A DNA stretch of 64,000 bases from an uncultured Chloroflexia bacterium (lineage in GTDB: Bacteria; Chloroflexota; Ktedonobacteria; Ktedonobacterales; Ktedonobacteraceae). Positions 19,912-30,243 of this stretch are shown here, piece by piece. Position 1 is the first letter of the stretch, and the number at the start of each line of letters is the position of its first letter. The stretch lies in the NCBI GenBank assembly GCA_963731415.1, contig CAVSVN010000010.1, positions 7,738-71,737 on the forward strand, written 5' to 3'. Below the pieces are notes generated by a model. That model saw only the letters and a list, made by a program, of their open reading frames with translations. It searched no databases and had not been told where the DNA came from. The translations under genes were made by a program, and so were the position numbers.

Positions 19912-20118
19912 TCATTTCTCCTGACTGACGTTTTTGTGCAGTATAGAGGTCGGAGGCCATTCCAGATTGGGGGCAAACTGTTGGGCTTCTTAATGCATGA
20001 GGTTCCCCGTACCGAGGTGCTCTCCGAGTAGGCAAAGAGTCCTTCTCCTCTGTGCAAGAACGAATGAAGCGATTATATTGTGGTGCAAGAAGAGAGATTG
20101 AGCAGAGGAGGAGCAAAA

Positions 20119-20637
20119 ATGGAGAGTACAGACAAAGCAGTTGAAATTTATCAACTGCGCATCTGGATACGGAAGATCAGCCCTCAGATCTGGCGTCGTT
20201 TGCTCGTGCGTAGCGACAGCACAATTGCCGAGCTTCATAATACTCTGCAAGTAGCGTTCGGCTGGGCCGATGATCATTTACATCAGTTCCTCATTCGTGG
20301 GAAGCCGTATGGGATCGGGAGGATTGGCGGCAGCATTTTCGATGACAATCCCCGCTTGGTACAACTCCGTGACTTTCACTTCCGCTGCAAAGAAACGTGG
20401 GTCTATGAGTATGACCTGACGGACTGGTGGCAGCACGAGATTCGTCTCGAACAGGTTCTTCCCTTTGATCCCGCGAAGCGTTATCCCATCTGCACAGCAG
20501 GGAAACGACGCGGACCCATTGAGAATTGTGGAGGCCCATGGGCATTTATGGAATTGCAAGACAAGTATCCTCAGTGGAAAGTTTTGCCGCAGGCCTGTCA
20601 GTGCGATTTTGACGAAAAAGTACGACGTACCATATAA
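20119..20637 (+). CDS. Plasmid pRiA4b ORF-3-like family protein
   Basis: YQLRIWIRKISPQIWRRLLV...TIAELHNTLQVAFGWADDHLHQF...YEYDLTDWWQHEI is the characteristic core of the pRiA4b ORF-3 family. AGGAGG lies 8 nt before the ATG at 20119. The C-terminus runs into the 26-bp repeat. Confidence 0.75.
   Translation: MESTDKAVEIYQLRIWIRKISPQIWRRLLVRSDSTIAELHNTLQVAFGWADDHLHQFLIRGKPYGIGRIGGSIFDDNPRLVQLRDFHFRCKETWVYEYDLTDWWQHEIRLEQVLPFDPAKRYPICTAGKRRGPIENCGGPWAFMELQDKYPQWKVLPQACQCDFDEKVRRTI
20611..20636. repeat. Left arm of a perfect 26-bp inverted repeat
   Basis: gacgaaaaagtacgacgtaccatata. Its exact reverse complement is at 22105-22130. Confidence 0.95.
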
Positions 20638-20859
20638 CTACGCATGAGTTTTAGATGAAGTGGCTCTAGAGGCCGTTGGGTGTATCTCGATATCTTTCAC
20701 GTTCTTTGCCATGAACAAAAGAACCGTTGGAGACAGTGCCAGAGAAACAGACATTCTCTGGGAAGAGGAACCTTGTTCTACGTGTATGAAAGAAGAGATA
20801 GGGCAAGCTCAGACTCAGTTAATATGTATGTAATTTCTTACAGATGAGCTTTGAAAAGC

Positions 20860-21813
20860 CTACGGTGCAGGCCGTTGCACCACCTGGTTAACGACTTTTC
20901 GAGAGCGGTCAACTTGGTACTGACCAGTCCGATGTTTTCTATACACTTCGGCATCGTACAATTGAGGCTCTGGAGGCCTGGCTCCAGGGGCGAGGTGGCT
21001 TAACAGCTCATAGTCTCTCCTCAGTAACATATAAATCAGAGAAATGAGCTGTCCTGCAATTCTCCCTAGAACAGTTCCTTTCCCTTTGTAAACTTGAAGC
21101 TTTTCATCGTAGCGGCATTTCAGTGGAACCAATCGCTCATAGATCTTCGCCCACTGCGTCTCCGTACGAATGGCATCCAGGCTACCAGATACATGGTTTT
21201 CTTCATGAGCCGCGAGCCACCAGATGTCAGGGTACTAGAATTGTGGGTCGTTCCTGATTGAGTCACCGTAGGAGCCCAGCCAAAATAGGCTTTGAGGGCA
21301 GCCGCGTCGCGAAAATTGGCAATCGATCCAATGGATGCAATGATAGTGGCTGCCTGGAGTGGACCGATGGGAGGAAGAGAGGTCAAAATCTTTCCTTCTC
21401 GACTCCTCAAGCTGATTGTACAGATGATTTGCCAGGCCAAGCGCATCCCTTTTATCAGTTTTGAGCAACCCGCTAGGACGGCGTTGTACATGCATAACAT
21501 AGACGGAGAGATCAAGCTCTAACAAATACTGCTCCAGAGGCTTATGGTAGTGGCCTGTTTGTTCCATAATTATGGAGCACTGCTCAAGGGGAGCCAACAC
21601 CTCAATGCGCTCAACAAGAGCCCGGAACCCTTCACGAGATTGTTCAAAAACAAAGGCTGGGCATCCCTCAAACCGCTGGTAACGCTGTAGAAGAGTGGTT
21701 GAGACGAAGCCAGCAACATGCTTTGATTTTCCGATAGCAATCCCAATATACAAAGACTCATGAGCGAGCTAGGGAACGGCTTTCAAGCGCGCGGATGAAG
21801 AGGAGTGCTTTGA
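20860..21813 (-). pseudogene. IS110-family (DEDD) transposase, decayed copy A
   Basis: Three frame fragments cover the N-terminal YIGIAIGK...KTDKRDA, the middle SREGKILTSLPPIGPLQAA and the C-terminus. There is an in-frame TAG after codon 15, and about 130 aa are deleted internally relative to copy B. Confidence 0.8.
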
Positions 21814-22104
21814 CATAGATCCATGCTCCTTTGCATGAAATAGACACCGCCCTACAGATCCTGGTTGGGTGGAGAGGCCAAGTTCCGTGGATGTGTCATA
21901 CCCAAATACAGACAAGAAGTAAGTACTTGGCCTTCAAATACGTATGAAGGATAGCGAGTCACATCCCCCAATTAACTGAAAAGAGTCAAGCTCCAATATG
22001 GTACAAGGGTTCTGCGGTTCCTGCTCACCGGCTAGCTACACCAGTATGCCCCTCCATCCACCAGCATACTCAAAATTCGTTCAAATTCAAGGTTTGTTCG
22101 TCTG
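21814..22104 (-). ncRNA. Candidate IS110 bridge-RNA-encoding 5' non-coding end (copy A)
   Basis: About 290 nt non-coding leader upstream of the transposase. It shares the block aagagtcaagctcca-N8/9-aagggttctgc with copy B, and the variable 9-mer atatggtac recurs at the element junction. Confidence 0.3.
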
Positions 22105-22130
22105 TATATGGTACGTCGTACTTTTTCGTC
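22105..22130. repeat. Right arm of a perfect 26-bp inverted repeat
   Basis: tatatggtacgtcgtactttttcgtc, the exact reverse complement of 20611-20636. Confidence 0.95.
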
Positions 22131-22171
22131 AGGAAAACACTGATAGGCCAATAGCTCTTCAAGGGGGAATC

Positions 22172-23050
22172 ATGGGCAAACGACCAGGAGCAAAATATGC
22201 GGCGGTGCAGCACTTCAAGACGCTGATGGCCGATGGCGAGAAACGGGCGGATGCTAAAGCAGAAGCACAGGGCGAGGAGAATCTGCTGATTTCCTTTACC
22301 GATGGCAAGATCCATTCCTTTGAGACACGCGAGGGCTATCAAAAGATCGTCATGCGTTTCATTGAATGGTGTCGCCAGGTGCATGCTGTTCGTGACCTCA
22401 ATGTCATTAGGGAACGTGCTGATGAATTGGCGTCCTGGTATCTTACCGAACGCATAGGAAAAGGGTATAGTGCCTGGACGCTCACGACAGAACGTTCAGC
22501 ATTGCGCATGTTCTTTAGCAATCGCCAACTGGCCGCAAGCGTCGAACTGCCCAAACGTCGGCAAAAGGATATTAAACGTTCACGCTACCCTGCAGCTCGT
22601 GACAAGCATTTTCAGCCAGACAACTGGCGGCCATTCATTAACTTCTGCCTCTCCTGTGGATTGCGTCGGGAAGAGCTGCGCGATCTGTATGTGAGAGATA
22701 TCTATGTCCGACCAGATCGATCAACGCCTGGTGGTCCGGGTCATCAAAGGCAAAGGGGGGAAGTGGCGGGAGGTGCCAGTGTTTCCAGGCCGGGAATCCA
22801 TTGTGTTTAGCCGTGATTGAAGGACGTGATCGCAGATGCGCATGTCTTTGACAGGCTGCCCGATACCGATATTCATAGTTTCCGTCGCCAGTTCGCCCAG
22901 GATCTCTATGAATTGCGCTCAGGGCGTCCACTCCCGCCGAAAGAAGGACGGTTACAGTCCGCTGATCTGGACCGAGATGCGGCATTGTATGTGAGTCGCT
23001 GCCTGGGTCATAACCGGATTGACATCATTTTCGGAAGTTATATCAGGTAG
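22172..23050 (+). pseudogene. Tyrosine recombinase/phage-type integrase, frameshifted
   Basis: GLRREELRDL (Arg box) is in one frame, and HSFRRQFAQDL (HxxR) plus LGHNRIDIIFGSYI (Tyr) are in another. KGKGGKWREVPVFPG is readable in a third frame near 22745. Confidence 0.75.
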
Positions 23051-23208
23051 TTTCGGGATATCCCAGTAGGGATTATATAGGTTGTCCCTGGGTTCGGCTC
23101 TTCTACGCAAAGAAGCTATCACCAGAGTCAAGATATTGAGCAAAACAAGCTTACATTGTTGCTCAAATATATAGAAACATAACAAGAAAAATGCCTTAAA
23201 AAGTCATT

Positions 23209-24510
23209 TCAAGATGTGAAGTTCTCTAATTTTTTGCAGGCAAGTGCTTGGAAGTAGAGACCGTCCACGAGCGGTTTTCTAAGCTTCCATTCCATGTTCT
23301 CAATAAAAGGTTCCATCCTAATTTTTGCTTGAAAATTCTCCTCTGAGAGATTATCCCAGTATTTATTAGCATAAGGTAGGGAGTTCATTGCCATGAAGTA
23401 CCCAAAACCTGCTGAAGATAAAAGTTGTTGAAGTTCAGATAATGAATATTCCTGTATATGTAGGCCCTCTGGATCAACCCCAGGGGATCTGAAAAACCGT
23501 GTATTGTCGTGAGGCCCTGTTAATTTAGAAGGTGTGATAACGACCATATAACCATTAAGGGCTAAGCATTTGAATATTTGGCTTAAAAACGGTTTTATCC
23601 ATTCAAGTGGTAGATGCTCAATAACGTGACAATGAATGATCAGATCAAATTGAGCATCTGGATATGATGTACAAAAGCTTTCAAGGGAAGTACAAAGTAT
23701 ATTCTCGGTAGCTAGATTATGCTCTTTAAGCTTGCTCTTAGCAAGACGAATAGCGGCAGGAGCGATATCAATACCAAAGGTATTTTGATAGCCACATTCG
23801 GCCAAATTAACGAGAAGATCCCCTGTTCCACATCCCACCTCAAGAATCCTTGGGCTGCTATGTTTATTTTTGATATGCTTTTCAAGCAAAATTAGAATAA
23901 AATCTAAATCATCTAGAGAATAGCCCATATGCTCTTCAAATTTCATCATCAGACTAATGACACGAGCATAACCTATTAAGTAGAGGTAATCCAGTTCTTC
24001 CTTGTTCCTTGCTTGACGTATAAGAGTCCCATAATGTCGTTCAGTGGCCCACTCGAGGTTCAGCAAATCTTGAGGATCAACTTGAGCAATATACTTGGAT
24101 AGAGCCGGAGTCCATAACCCTTCTTGTTCAGTATTCGTGGCTGAGGATATTGATGCACAAAGGTCTATAAAACTACTTTCCATAAGCTCCCGGTCGCTTT
24201 TTGTAAGCATATCTATAAATTGTCCTTCAGATAAATTATTGAAAGATAAGCTTTGGGAATGGCGCTTACTTCTCGATATTTCTCGACGATGAGGATAAGT
24301 TGTAGGAGAAGAGAGAGATATACTACTTCCTGATGCTATCCCTTTTTCAATCTCTTCAATACCTGTATGTTCTTCCTTGCTCCTATCTATTAAAATCCAG
24401 GCTGTGATTAAAATTGCTATCCCATCAGAGACGGCCAATATCATATTTATCACAGAAATTCCAATTTTGTTGTATTGTGAGACAAGAATAGAGATAGCAA
24501 TTAATAGCAA
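23209..24510 (-). CDS. Class I SAM-dependent methyltransferase with N-terminal membrane anchor
   Basis: Motif I ILEVGCGTGDLLVNLAECG, with two N-terminal hydrophobic helices. The gene lies in a visibly AT-richer segment. Confidence 0.8.
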   Translation of the reverse strand: MLLIAISILVSQYNKIGISVINMILAVSDGIAILITAWILIDRSKEEHTGIEEIEKGIASGSSISLSSPTTYPHRREISRSKRHSQSLSFNNLSEGQFIDMLTKSDRELMESSFIDLCASISSATNTEQEGLWTPALSKYIAQVDPQDLLNLEWATERHYGTLIRQARNKEELDYLYLIGYARVISLMMKFEEHMGYSLDDLDFILILLEKHIKNKHSSPRILEVGCGTGDLLVNLAECGYQNTFGIDIAPAAIRLAKSKLKEHNLATENILCTSLESFCTSYPDAQFDLIIHCHVIEHLPLEWIKPFLSQIFKCLALNGYMVVITPSKLTGPHDNTRFFRSPGVDPEGLHIQEYSLSELQQLLSSAGFGYFMAMNSLPYANKYWDNLSEENFQAKIRMEPFIENMEWKLRKPLVDGLYFQALACKKLENFTS

Positions 24511-24598
24511 TTATAAGTACTGGTTGTTTTCGACAGTCAACAAAAAGACCCCCTTCAAAAACTGTCAATCAAAAACAGTGACCACCTCAAAGGAATTT

Positions 24599-24630
24599 GG
24601 TCTACTTTGATATTGTCAAAATAGACCACC
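24599..24630. repeat. IS21-type terminal repeat copy (near-palindromic)
   Basis: ggtctactttgatattgtcaaaatagaccacc. Its reverse complement matches 28424-28455 at 29 of 32 positions. Confidence 0.8.
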
Positions 24631-24696
24631 TTGACCCTCACCAGGAGAAGAAGTACCATAGCCTCAAATGACTCAACAAGTCTAGAGAGGTTCTTC

Positions 24697-24957
24697 ATGC
24701 TAACGCTACAGGTTCTGAATACCAAGGGAGCGGCCAAACGACTTGGGTGCTCTGAATCCTGGATACATAAATTGGCGGCGACTGGAAAGCTCAAAGCGTA
24801 TATCTATGGGGATGAGGGGGAACTCATTGAGCACGAAAAAGCGATTAAGAAGCCCGGACGGGCACTCTATTTTCTTGCTGACGATGTGGCACACTATCGC
24901 CCAGCGGTCCAGCGGCGTCCACGAGGCAGTAAAAACAAAGAGCATCCCAACGATTAG
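24697..24957 (+). CDS. Excisionase/MerR-like helix-turn-helix DNA-binding protein
   Basis: LNTKGAAKRLGCSESWIHKLAATGKL is a typical HTH_17-type motif. AGAGAGG lies 7 nt before the ATG. Confidence 0.6.
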   Translation: MLTLQVLNTKGAAKRLGCSESWIHKLAATGKLKAYIYGDEGELIEHEKAIKKPGRALYFLADDVAHYRPAVQRRPRGSKNKEHPND

Positions 24958-25126
24958 CCCTAGTTGCGTGGCCACTTGGCATCAAGAGGAGAGGTCGATT
25001 TTTTGTGTGTACAAAAAAAGAAGCTAAGCTGGTAATGTACCAGCGATTGGCTTCACATACAACATCTCGTTTGTGCAGCACAAGAGCATTTCATTGCATC
25101 ATCAAGAGTGGCGGAAAGCCCCTTTG

Positions 25127-25591
25127 TTACAGTTGTAACCGTGCAAGAATATCATAGTCCAATTTCCCGTTGACGACTCCGTATTCGGTCTTTCTTAAGG
25201 GTTCAAATCCTAAGCTGGTATACAAATGGGCTGCGACTGTATTCTCAGGAGAATATTCGATGAGGATTTCTGTACACTCAGGAATGTGCCGCATACGCTC
25301 AATCACCTGCACCATCGCTTGGCGGCCATAGCCCTGACCCTGATACTTTTGATCAATGAGCACTCGTGAGATGCGATAGCTAACATCATGAAGTGGATGA
25401 TCATTGTACATGAGAAAGCCGACGAGTGTGTCGTCGTCATAGATGGCTAAGGGGACCCGTTCAGGCTCAAACTTGGACTGAGCAAGGGAAAGGGCAACAG
25501 GAGAGACAAAATCTTGCTGATCTGGATGAAGCTGTAATTGAGTACACTGAGACCAATTCTCTCTCGTAATCTCACGCAAATGAAGAGTCAT
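25127..25591 (-). CDS. GNAT-family N-acetyltransferase
   Basis: Acetyl-CoA binding motif QKYQGQGYGRQAM; 154 aa, a typical GNAT size. Confidence 0.85.
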   Translation of the reverse strand: MTLHLREITRENWSQCTQLQLHPDQQDFVSPVALSLAQSKFEPERVPLAIYDDDTLVGFLMYNDHPLHDVSYRISRVLIDQKYQGQGYGRQAMVQVIERMRHIPECTEILIEYSPENTVAAHLYTSLGFEPLRKTEYGVVNGKLDYDILARLQL

Positions 25592-26001
25592 GAGAATTTT
25601 CCCTCTCCGCTCAGTCGTTCAGATACCTTTTGTTGCGGTCCAGAGTATCTTGCTGAATGTGTTGCCAGTTGTGGGTACGCTCTCGGCGCTGACATATCCG
25701 TTACCTCGTTAAACAGGATGGATTACTCTTAGCATACTAGGTTTTGGACCTGCTTTCAAGGTTTTACCCGCAAAGGGTCAGTATGCAACGATTAGCTCAT
25801 CCTTCGTGTAAATACTCGCGAGCATCAGGGGAGAAAACCAATCAAGGGCTGGATGGCGCATCGTAGAGCCACCAAGCACCATTGCCCAAAGGGGCAATGG
25901 TGCTTGCAAATTGTTGGAGGGTTTGGTACTATTGGCGAAGAAGCCGTGCCAGGCACGTGTCTTCATACCCACTCGCAACACGGAAGAAAGGGGTGGTGAG
26001 A

Positions 26002-27550
26002 ATGAACGAAGAGGATCGAGAACGGATTCGACGGAGCTACTACGTCGAAGAACAGAGCATCCATCAGATTGCGCGAGCAGAAGGCCGCAATCGTATTACC
26101 ATCCGCAATGCGCTTTCCAACGATGCACACCCTTTCAAGGCAACCCGGCGTCAGAAACACATGCCGGTCTTTGGCCCCTACAAAGAGCACGTTGAGGCGA
26201 TCTTGCAAGAAAACGCGAAGCTTCCCCGCAAACAACGCTACACGGCGCATCGGATCTTTGAGATCATTGCCGCAGAAGGCTACGAGGGAAGCGAATCGAC
26301 CATCCGTCAGTATGTTGGCCGTCACAAACAGGCTACACGCGCCCCTGATGTCTTCCTCCCACTAGAATACGATCCAGGGCAAGATGCTCAGGTCGATTGG
26401 GGAGAAGCCGTGGCCATCATCGACGGCCAGCGTCAAAAGGTGCAGCTGTTCATCATGCGGTTGTGCTTTTTGCGCCGAACCTTCGCAATGGTGATTTCCT
26501 ACCCAGCGGCAGGAAAGCTTCTTCTATGGCCATGTAAAAGCCTTTGAGCACTTTGGAGGCGTGCCTCACCGGATCAGCTATGACAATCTGGGAACTGCCG
26601 TCAAAATCGTCTTTGAGCACTCAGGAAAAGCTGGTCGCCCCCGCAAGGAAGTGCGTGCCTTTGTCTCCTTCCGCTCCCATTACCTGTTCGAGTCGCATTT
26701 TTGCACCCCTGGCCAGGGTCATGAAAAAGGCCAGGTTGAGCATGGGGTAGGATATTCACGGAGAAATTTTCTCGTTCCCATTCCTGAAGCCGCTTCTTAC
26801 GACGAGCTGAACAAGCAGATCATGGACCGTTGCCTCCAAGAAGATCTCCGTCAGGTGGCGCGCGAGCCTATAACCATTGGACAAGCCTGGGAGCAAGAAC
26901 ACTAGCACTTTTTGCCCATCCCCCGCTCCCCCTACGAATGCTGTGTGATGACAACGGTACGCCTGACACCATACAGCCAGGGAACGTTTGAGACGAATCG
27001 CTATTCGGTTCCAGTCAAGCGTGCCCGCCGGGAAGTCACCCTCAAAGCCTATCCGTTTACCGTCGAGATCTGGGATGGCGTGGAGAGGCTTTGCAGTCAT
27101 CCTCGCTGTTACGGACGCTATCAGGATATCCTTGACCCTCTTCACTACTTGCCATTGCTTGAGCAGCGTCCTGGAGCCTTCGACTACAGTAAACCGATGA
27201 GGCAATGGAAACGCAATTGGCCTGCTGCTTATGATGAGATGCTGGCTGACCTGCGACAAAAGTGGCCCACTGGTCGCGGCGTGCAAGAATTCGTCAAGAT
27301 TTTAGAACTCCATCAGACCTACTCAGCCGAGGTGATGCGCCAGGCCATTGAGCACGCGCTGCAACTGCGCTGTGTCCATTTTGATGGAGTGGTTTACTGC
27401 ATTCATGAGATTGAAGGTCACGCCCGCACTCCCTCTACCGATCCTCCACCAGATCTGGATCTTTCTCACCGTCCTGACCTGGATGCGGTGGGAAAAAACC
27501 AGCAGGTGAATCTTGCTCAATATGATCAATTGTTGAAACAGTCCTGGTAA
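26002..27550 (+). pseudogene. istA: IS21-family transposase IstA, one frameshift (about 26500) and one in-frame TAG (26903)
   Basis: N-terminal HTH (SIHQIARAEGRNRITIRNAL), DDE core (QVDWGEA..., [14 protein letters not shown]) and a C-terminal domain, split over three ORFs. Confidence 0.85.
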
Positions 27551-27567
27551 AAAGGAGACCGATCACT

Positions 27568-28374
27568 ATGCAACAAATCCCTTCGATGAAAGAGCAAGGG
27601 AACCAAGCTTTGCTCGAAATGTATTTGCAAGCACTTGATCTGGAAGCGTTCCGGGAAAACTATCAAGCTTACGCCAAGGATGCCACACGTGCAGGGCTGC
27701 CGTATGAGCGTTTTTTGCTGGCGCTCAGTGAATCAGAAATCAGTCACCGAAAAGCGCAGAAGATTAAACGGACCATTGACGCAGCCAAGTTTCCTTTTGT
27801 CAAAGAGTTAAGCTCCTACGATTTTACGGCAGTGGAGAGTATTCAAAAAACGCACGTCCTGGAACTGGCCCAGGGGGGCTATATGGAGCGAGCGGAGAAT
27901 CTCTTGTTGGTGGGCACGCCGGGACTTGGCAAAACCCATCTGGCTATCGGTATGGCCCTGGCAGCCTGTCGGCAAAACAAACGTGTGCGCTTCTATCGCA
28001 CCGCCAAGTTGGTAGATGAGTTGATGGTGATGCAGCACAATTTGCGTCTCTCGCGCTTCGTGGCCAAATTTGAAAAGCTGGATCTCCTGATTCTGGATGA
28101 ATTGGGTTTTTTCCCTGTGGAGAAAGAAGGAAGCCAATTACTCTTTCAGTTGGTTTCTGATCTCTATGAACGTGTTTCTATCATTATCACGAGTAATTTA
28201 CGGTTTACTGAGTGGAATCAGATCTTTGCGGATGAGATGATGACGGCAGCCTTCATTGACCGCTTGACGCACAAAGGCTATATTTTAGAGTTTACTGGGG
28301 AATCCTATCGCTATCGCCATCGGCTCTCGCAGCCCTTCTTAGACAGAGGCACGCCCCCCTCGGACCCCACCTAG
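27568..28374 (+). CDS. istB: IS21-family helper ATPase IstB
   Basis: Walker A GTPGLGKTHLA and Walker B LLILDELG, immediately downstream of istA. Confidence 0.9.
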   Translation: MQQIPSMKEQGNQALLEMYLQALDLEAFRENYQAYAKDATRAGLPYERFLLALSESEISHRKAQKIKRTIDAAKFPFVKELSSYDFTAVESIQKTHVLELAQGGYMERAENLLLVGTPGLGKTHLAIGMALAACRQNKRVRFYRTAKLVDELMVMQHNLRLSRFVAKFEKLDLLILDELGFFPVEKEGSQLLFQLVSDLYERVSIIITSNLRFTEWNQIFADEMMTAAFIDRLTHKGYILEFTGESYRYRHRLSQPFLDRGTPPSDPT

Positions 28375-28423
28375 CTCCTCCTCTTCTCCCGGCCACCTGG
28401 TTCTCTCGCATTTCTGAGAAACA

Positions 28424-28493
28424 GGTGGTCTATTTTGTCATTGTCAAAGTAGACCAATTTCGCCCTGCTAGTCTATTTTGTCATTGTCAAAAG
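28424..28493. repeat. Right-end terminal repeats of the IS21 element
   Basis: ggtggtctattttgtcattgtcaaagtagacc, followed by a second partial copy agtctattttgtcattgtcaaaag. Confidence 0.85.
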
Positions 28494-28725
28494 GGCCACA
28501 TTTACGATATCAAAAACAATATTGTCTATTATCCTCTGTTATTTTAAGACAAAAAAAAGAGACCCTCCTGGCCTGCACATATCTTTCTGACAGAAGAGTT
28601 CAAAAATATAGGTCACCTGCCCCATGTCACTCCACCCTTTTCTCCGCTATTCTTGTGAGCATAAGGAAATCATTTTTCAAACAGTTTTTCTTGGAAATTA
28701 TAGAGAGGCAAGGAGTAAATGACGT

Positions 28726-29403
28726 ATGAACAACCAGGACGTGCCGCAGCCAGTTCTTCAGCAGCGCTCTCGCAGGGTAGCAGGGAAAGTGATGGCCATC
28801 ACTCTTGCTATCGCACTCCCAGTGATACTTTGTGGAATCCTCTGCGTTGGCACACCTGCGTGGCTCCTCTATCAATGGAATCGAGGCACCTATTATGGAT
28901 ATGTAACCATTGACGATCCTACGATGACATACACAAAAAACATGGGTGAAGCTATAACATATGGTATATGGCAATTACAAGTGCAATCAATGCATTTTTT
29001 GAAAGATGATAAGGGCACCACATTTCTGGTGGTACATGTCAGAATTAACAAAAATACTTCGGATCCCACATCCTCTTCCGACAACTTACCTGGGCGGTTT
29101 GTTGTATACACCTCTCCTGTTTTCGATGCCTCGGGAGAACATCATGCCTTCACAGGAAATGAAATCGATCCGGTAGGAAACAAAGAGGCTGTTCCTTCAC
29201 GTTATGCCTCTTCTCGTTTAAACATCGATGATACTCTTGGGATTATCATGAATAGTAATTCCCTCGAGGGAGATGTCCTCTTCAAGGTCCCCTCGCAAAA
29301 CAGTCCTTTTGTGCTCGTATTGCTACCTCAATCTTCAATAGGGCAATATGCCTGGAATAGCAAAATTGATGACTGTAAGTTTCTACCAGTCTTTCACTGC
29401 TAA
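28726..29403 (+). CDS. Membrane-anchored protein with DUF4352-like beta-sandwich domain
   Basis: N-terminal TM helix (AITLAIALPVILCGILCV), then a beta-rich domain with FLVVHVRINKNTS...GDVLFKVP. The family assignment is tentative. Confidence 0.5.
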   Translation: MNNQDVPQPVLQQRSRRVAGKVMAITLAIALPVILCGILCVGTPAWLLYQWNRGTYYGYVTIDDPTMTYTKNMGEAITYGIWQLQVQSMHFLKDDKGTTFLVVHVRINKNTSDPTSSSDNLPGRFVVYTSPVFDASGEHHAFTGNEIDPVGNKEAVPSRYASSRLNIDDTLGIIMNSNSLEGDVLFKVPSQNSPFVLVLLPQSSIGQYAWNSKIDDCKFLPVFHC

Positions 29404-29953
29404 TCAATATGGCGACTATGCAGAGGTGTTGTGCTTTGCCAGATACCCTGGTTCATGGCTACTTTTTATGCGGTAAGGCTCCTCAAGTGCGATAGGTTAT
29501 GGTTTCGCTACTCAGGGAGACTTACAGGTTGCTTGTCGCCTTTCATTAAGCACGCAAACGACTGGAATGAAGACTGACATCCTATTTTTGGGCAAAAAAA
29601 ATGGGCGGTTTCGACACCCATTTTTTCGGTTTCTCGCTTTTGCCGCCCAGAGCAAGCCGGAGCTTCGATCAAGCGCACAGGCTAGAGAACACCCACGCTC
29701 TTTGGCGATCAGGAAGAAAAGCCTCCAGGGTACTTCTTATCTAACATCTCTAACAGCTCTTTACGTTCCATTTGCTCGTCCTCTCTTTTTTGATTTCCAT
29801 GAAAAAGCCAGTGATTTGGTAGCTACTGATCATCTCGACAACTCACTGACGACGTTTCGGTTCCATACGTTTCTGGATGATGTGTGCAGTGTGCTTGACC
29901 CGCTTTCCTGGAGGGATGAAATGCGTGTATACTTGCCATGAAAGAGGAGCACG

Positions 29954-30226
29954 ATGGGAAAAGCAAAGAGAGTCTTTACTGCTGAGTTCAAAAGAGAAGC
30001 CCTCCACTTAGTAGAAACCAGCGGGAAACCATTAGCCGAGGTAGCACGGGACCTGGGCATCTGGGACAATCCCCTTCACGGGTGGAAACAGCAAATGCGT
30101 GAGCATGGTCAGGATGCCTTTCCCGGCAGTGGACATCAAACGCCTTCCGAAGAGGAAATGCGCCAGCTCCGACGGGAAAACGAGATCTTACGACAGGAGC
30201 GCGATATTTTAAAAAAACTCCTATAG
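29954..30226 (+). CDS. IS3-family transposase OrfA (HTH), C-terminus displaced by the IS110 insertion
   Basis: FTAEFKREALHLVETSGKPLAEVARDLGI plus leucine zipper LRRENEILRQERDILKK. The expected tail ALAIFSKPER* is found at about 31985-32016, on the far side of the insertion. Confidence 0.85.
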   Translation: MGKAKRVFTAEFKREALHLVETSGKPLAEVARDLGIWDNPLHGWKQQMREHGQDAFPGSGHQTPSEEEMRQLRRENEILRQERDILKKLL

Positions 30227-30243
30227 GATCTCTCCTTGATGAG

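Larger units (their letters stand above)
26002..28493 (+). mobile_element. IS21-family insertion sequence (core; the left boundary may lie at 24599)
   Basis: An istA-istB pair followed by two direct copies of gtctattttgtcattgtcaaa (28428-28448 and 28471-28491), typical of multi-repeat IS21 ends. Confidence 0.8.

Noticed and set aside
21998-22171. The long N-terminal extension of the integrase ORF, starting at 21998.
   Set aside because: It would read through the IS110 leader and the 26-bp inverted repeat. The ATG at 22172 follows AAGGGGGA, and the recombinase homology begins after it.
25199-25210. A tRNA T-loop-like string gggttcaaatcc.
   Set aside because: It lies inside the well-supported GNAT coding sequence and no acceptor or anticodon stems flank it. 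I could not recognise any tRNA or rRNA gene elsewhere in the window.
29567-29941. A 124-aa ORF upstream of IS3 orfA.
   Set aside because: It has no ribosome-binding site or domain and it runs across the IS3 left inverted repeat. It is most likely spurious.
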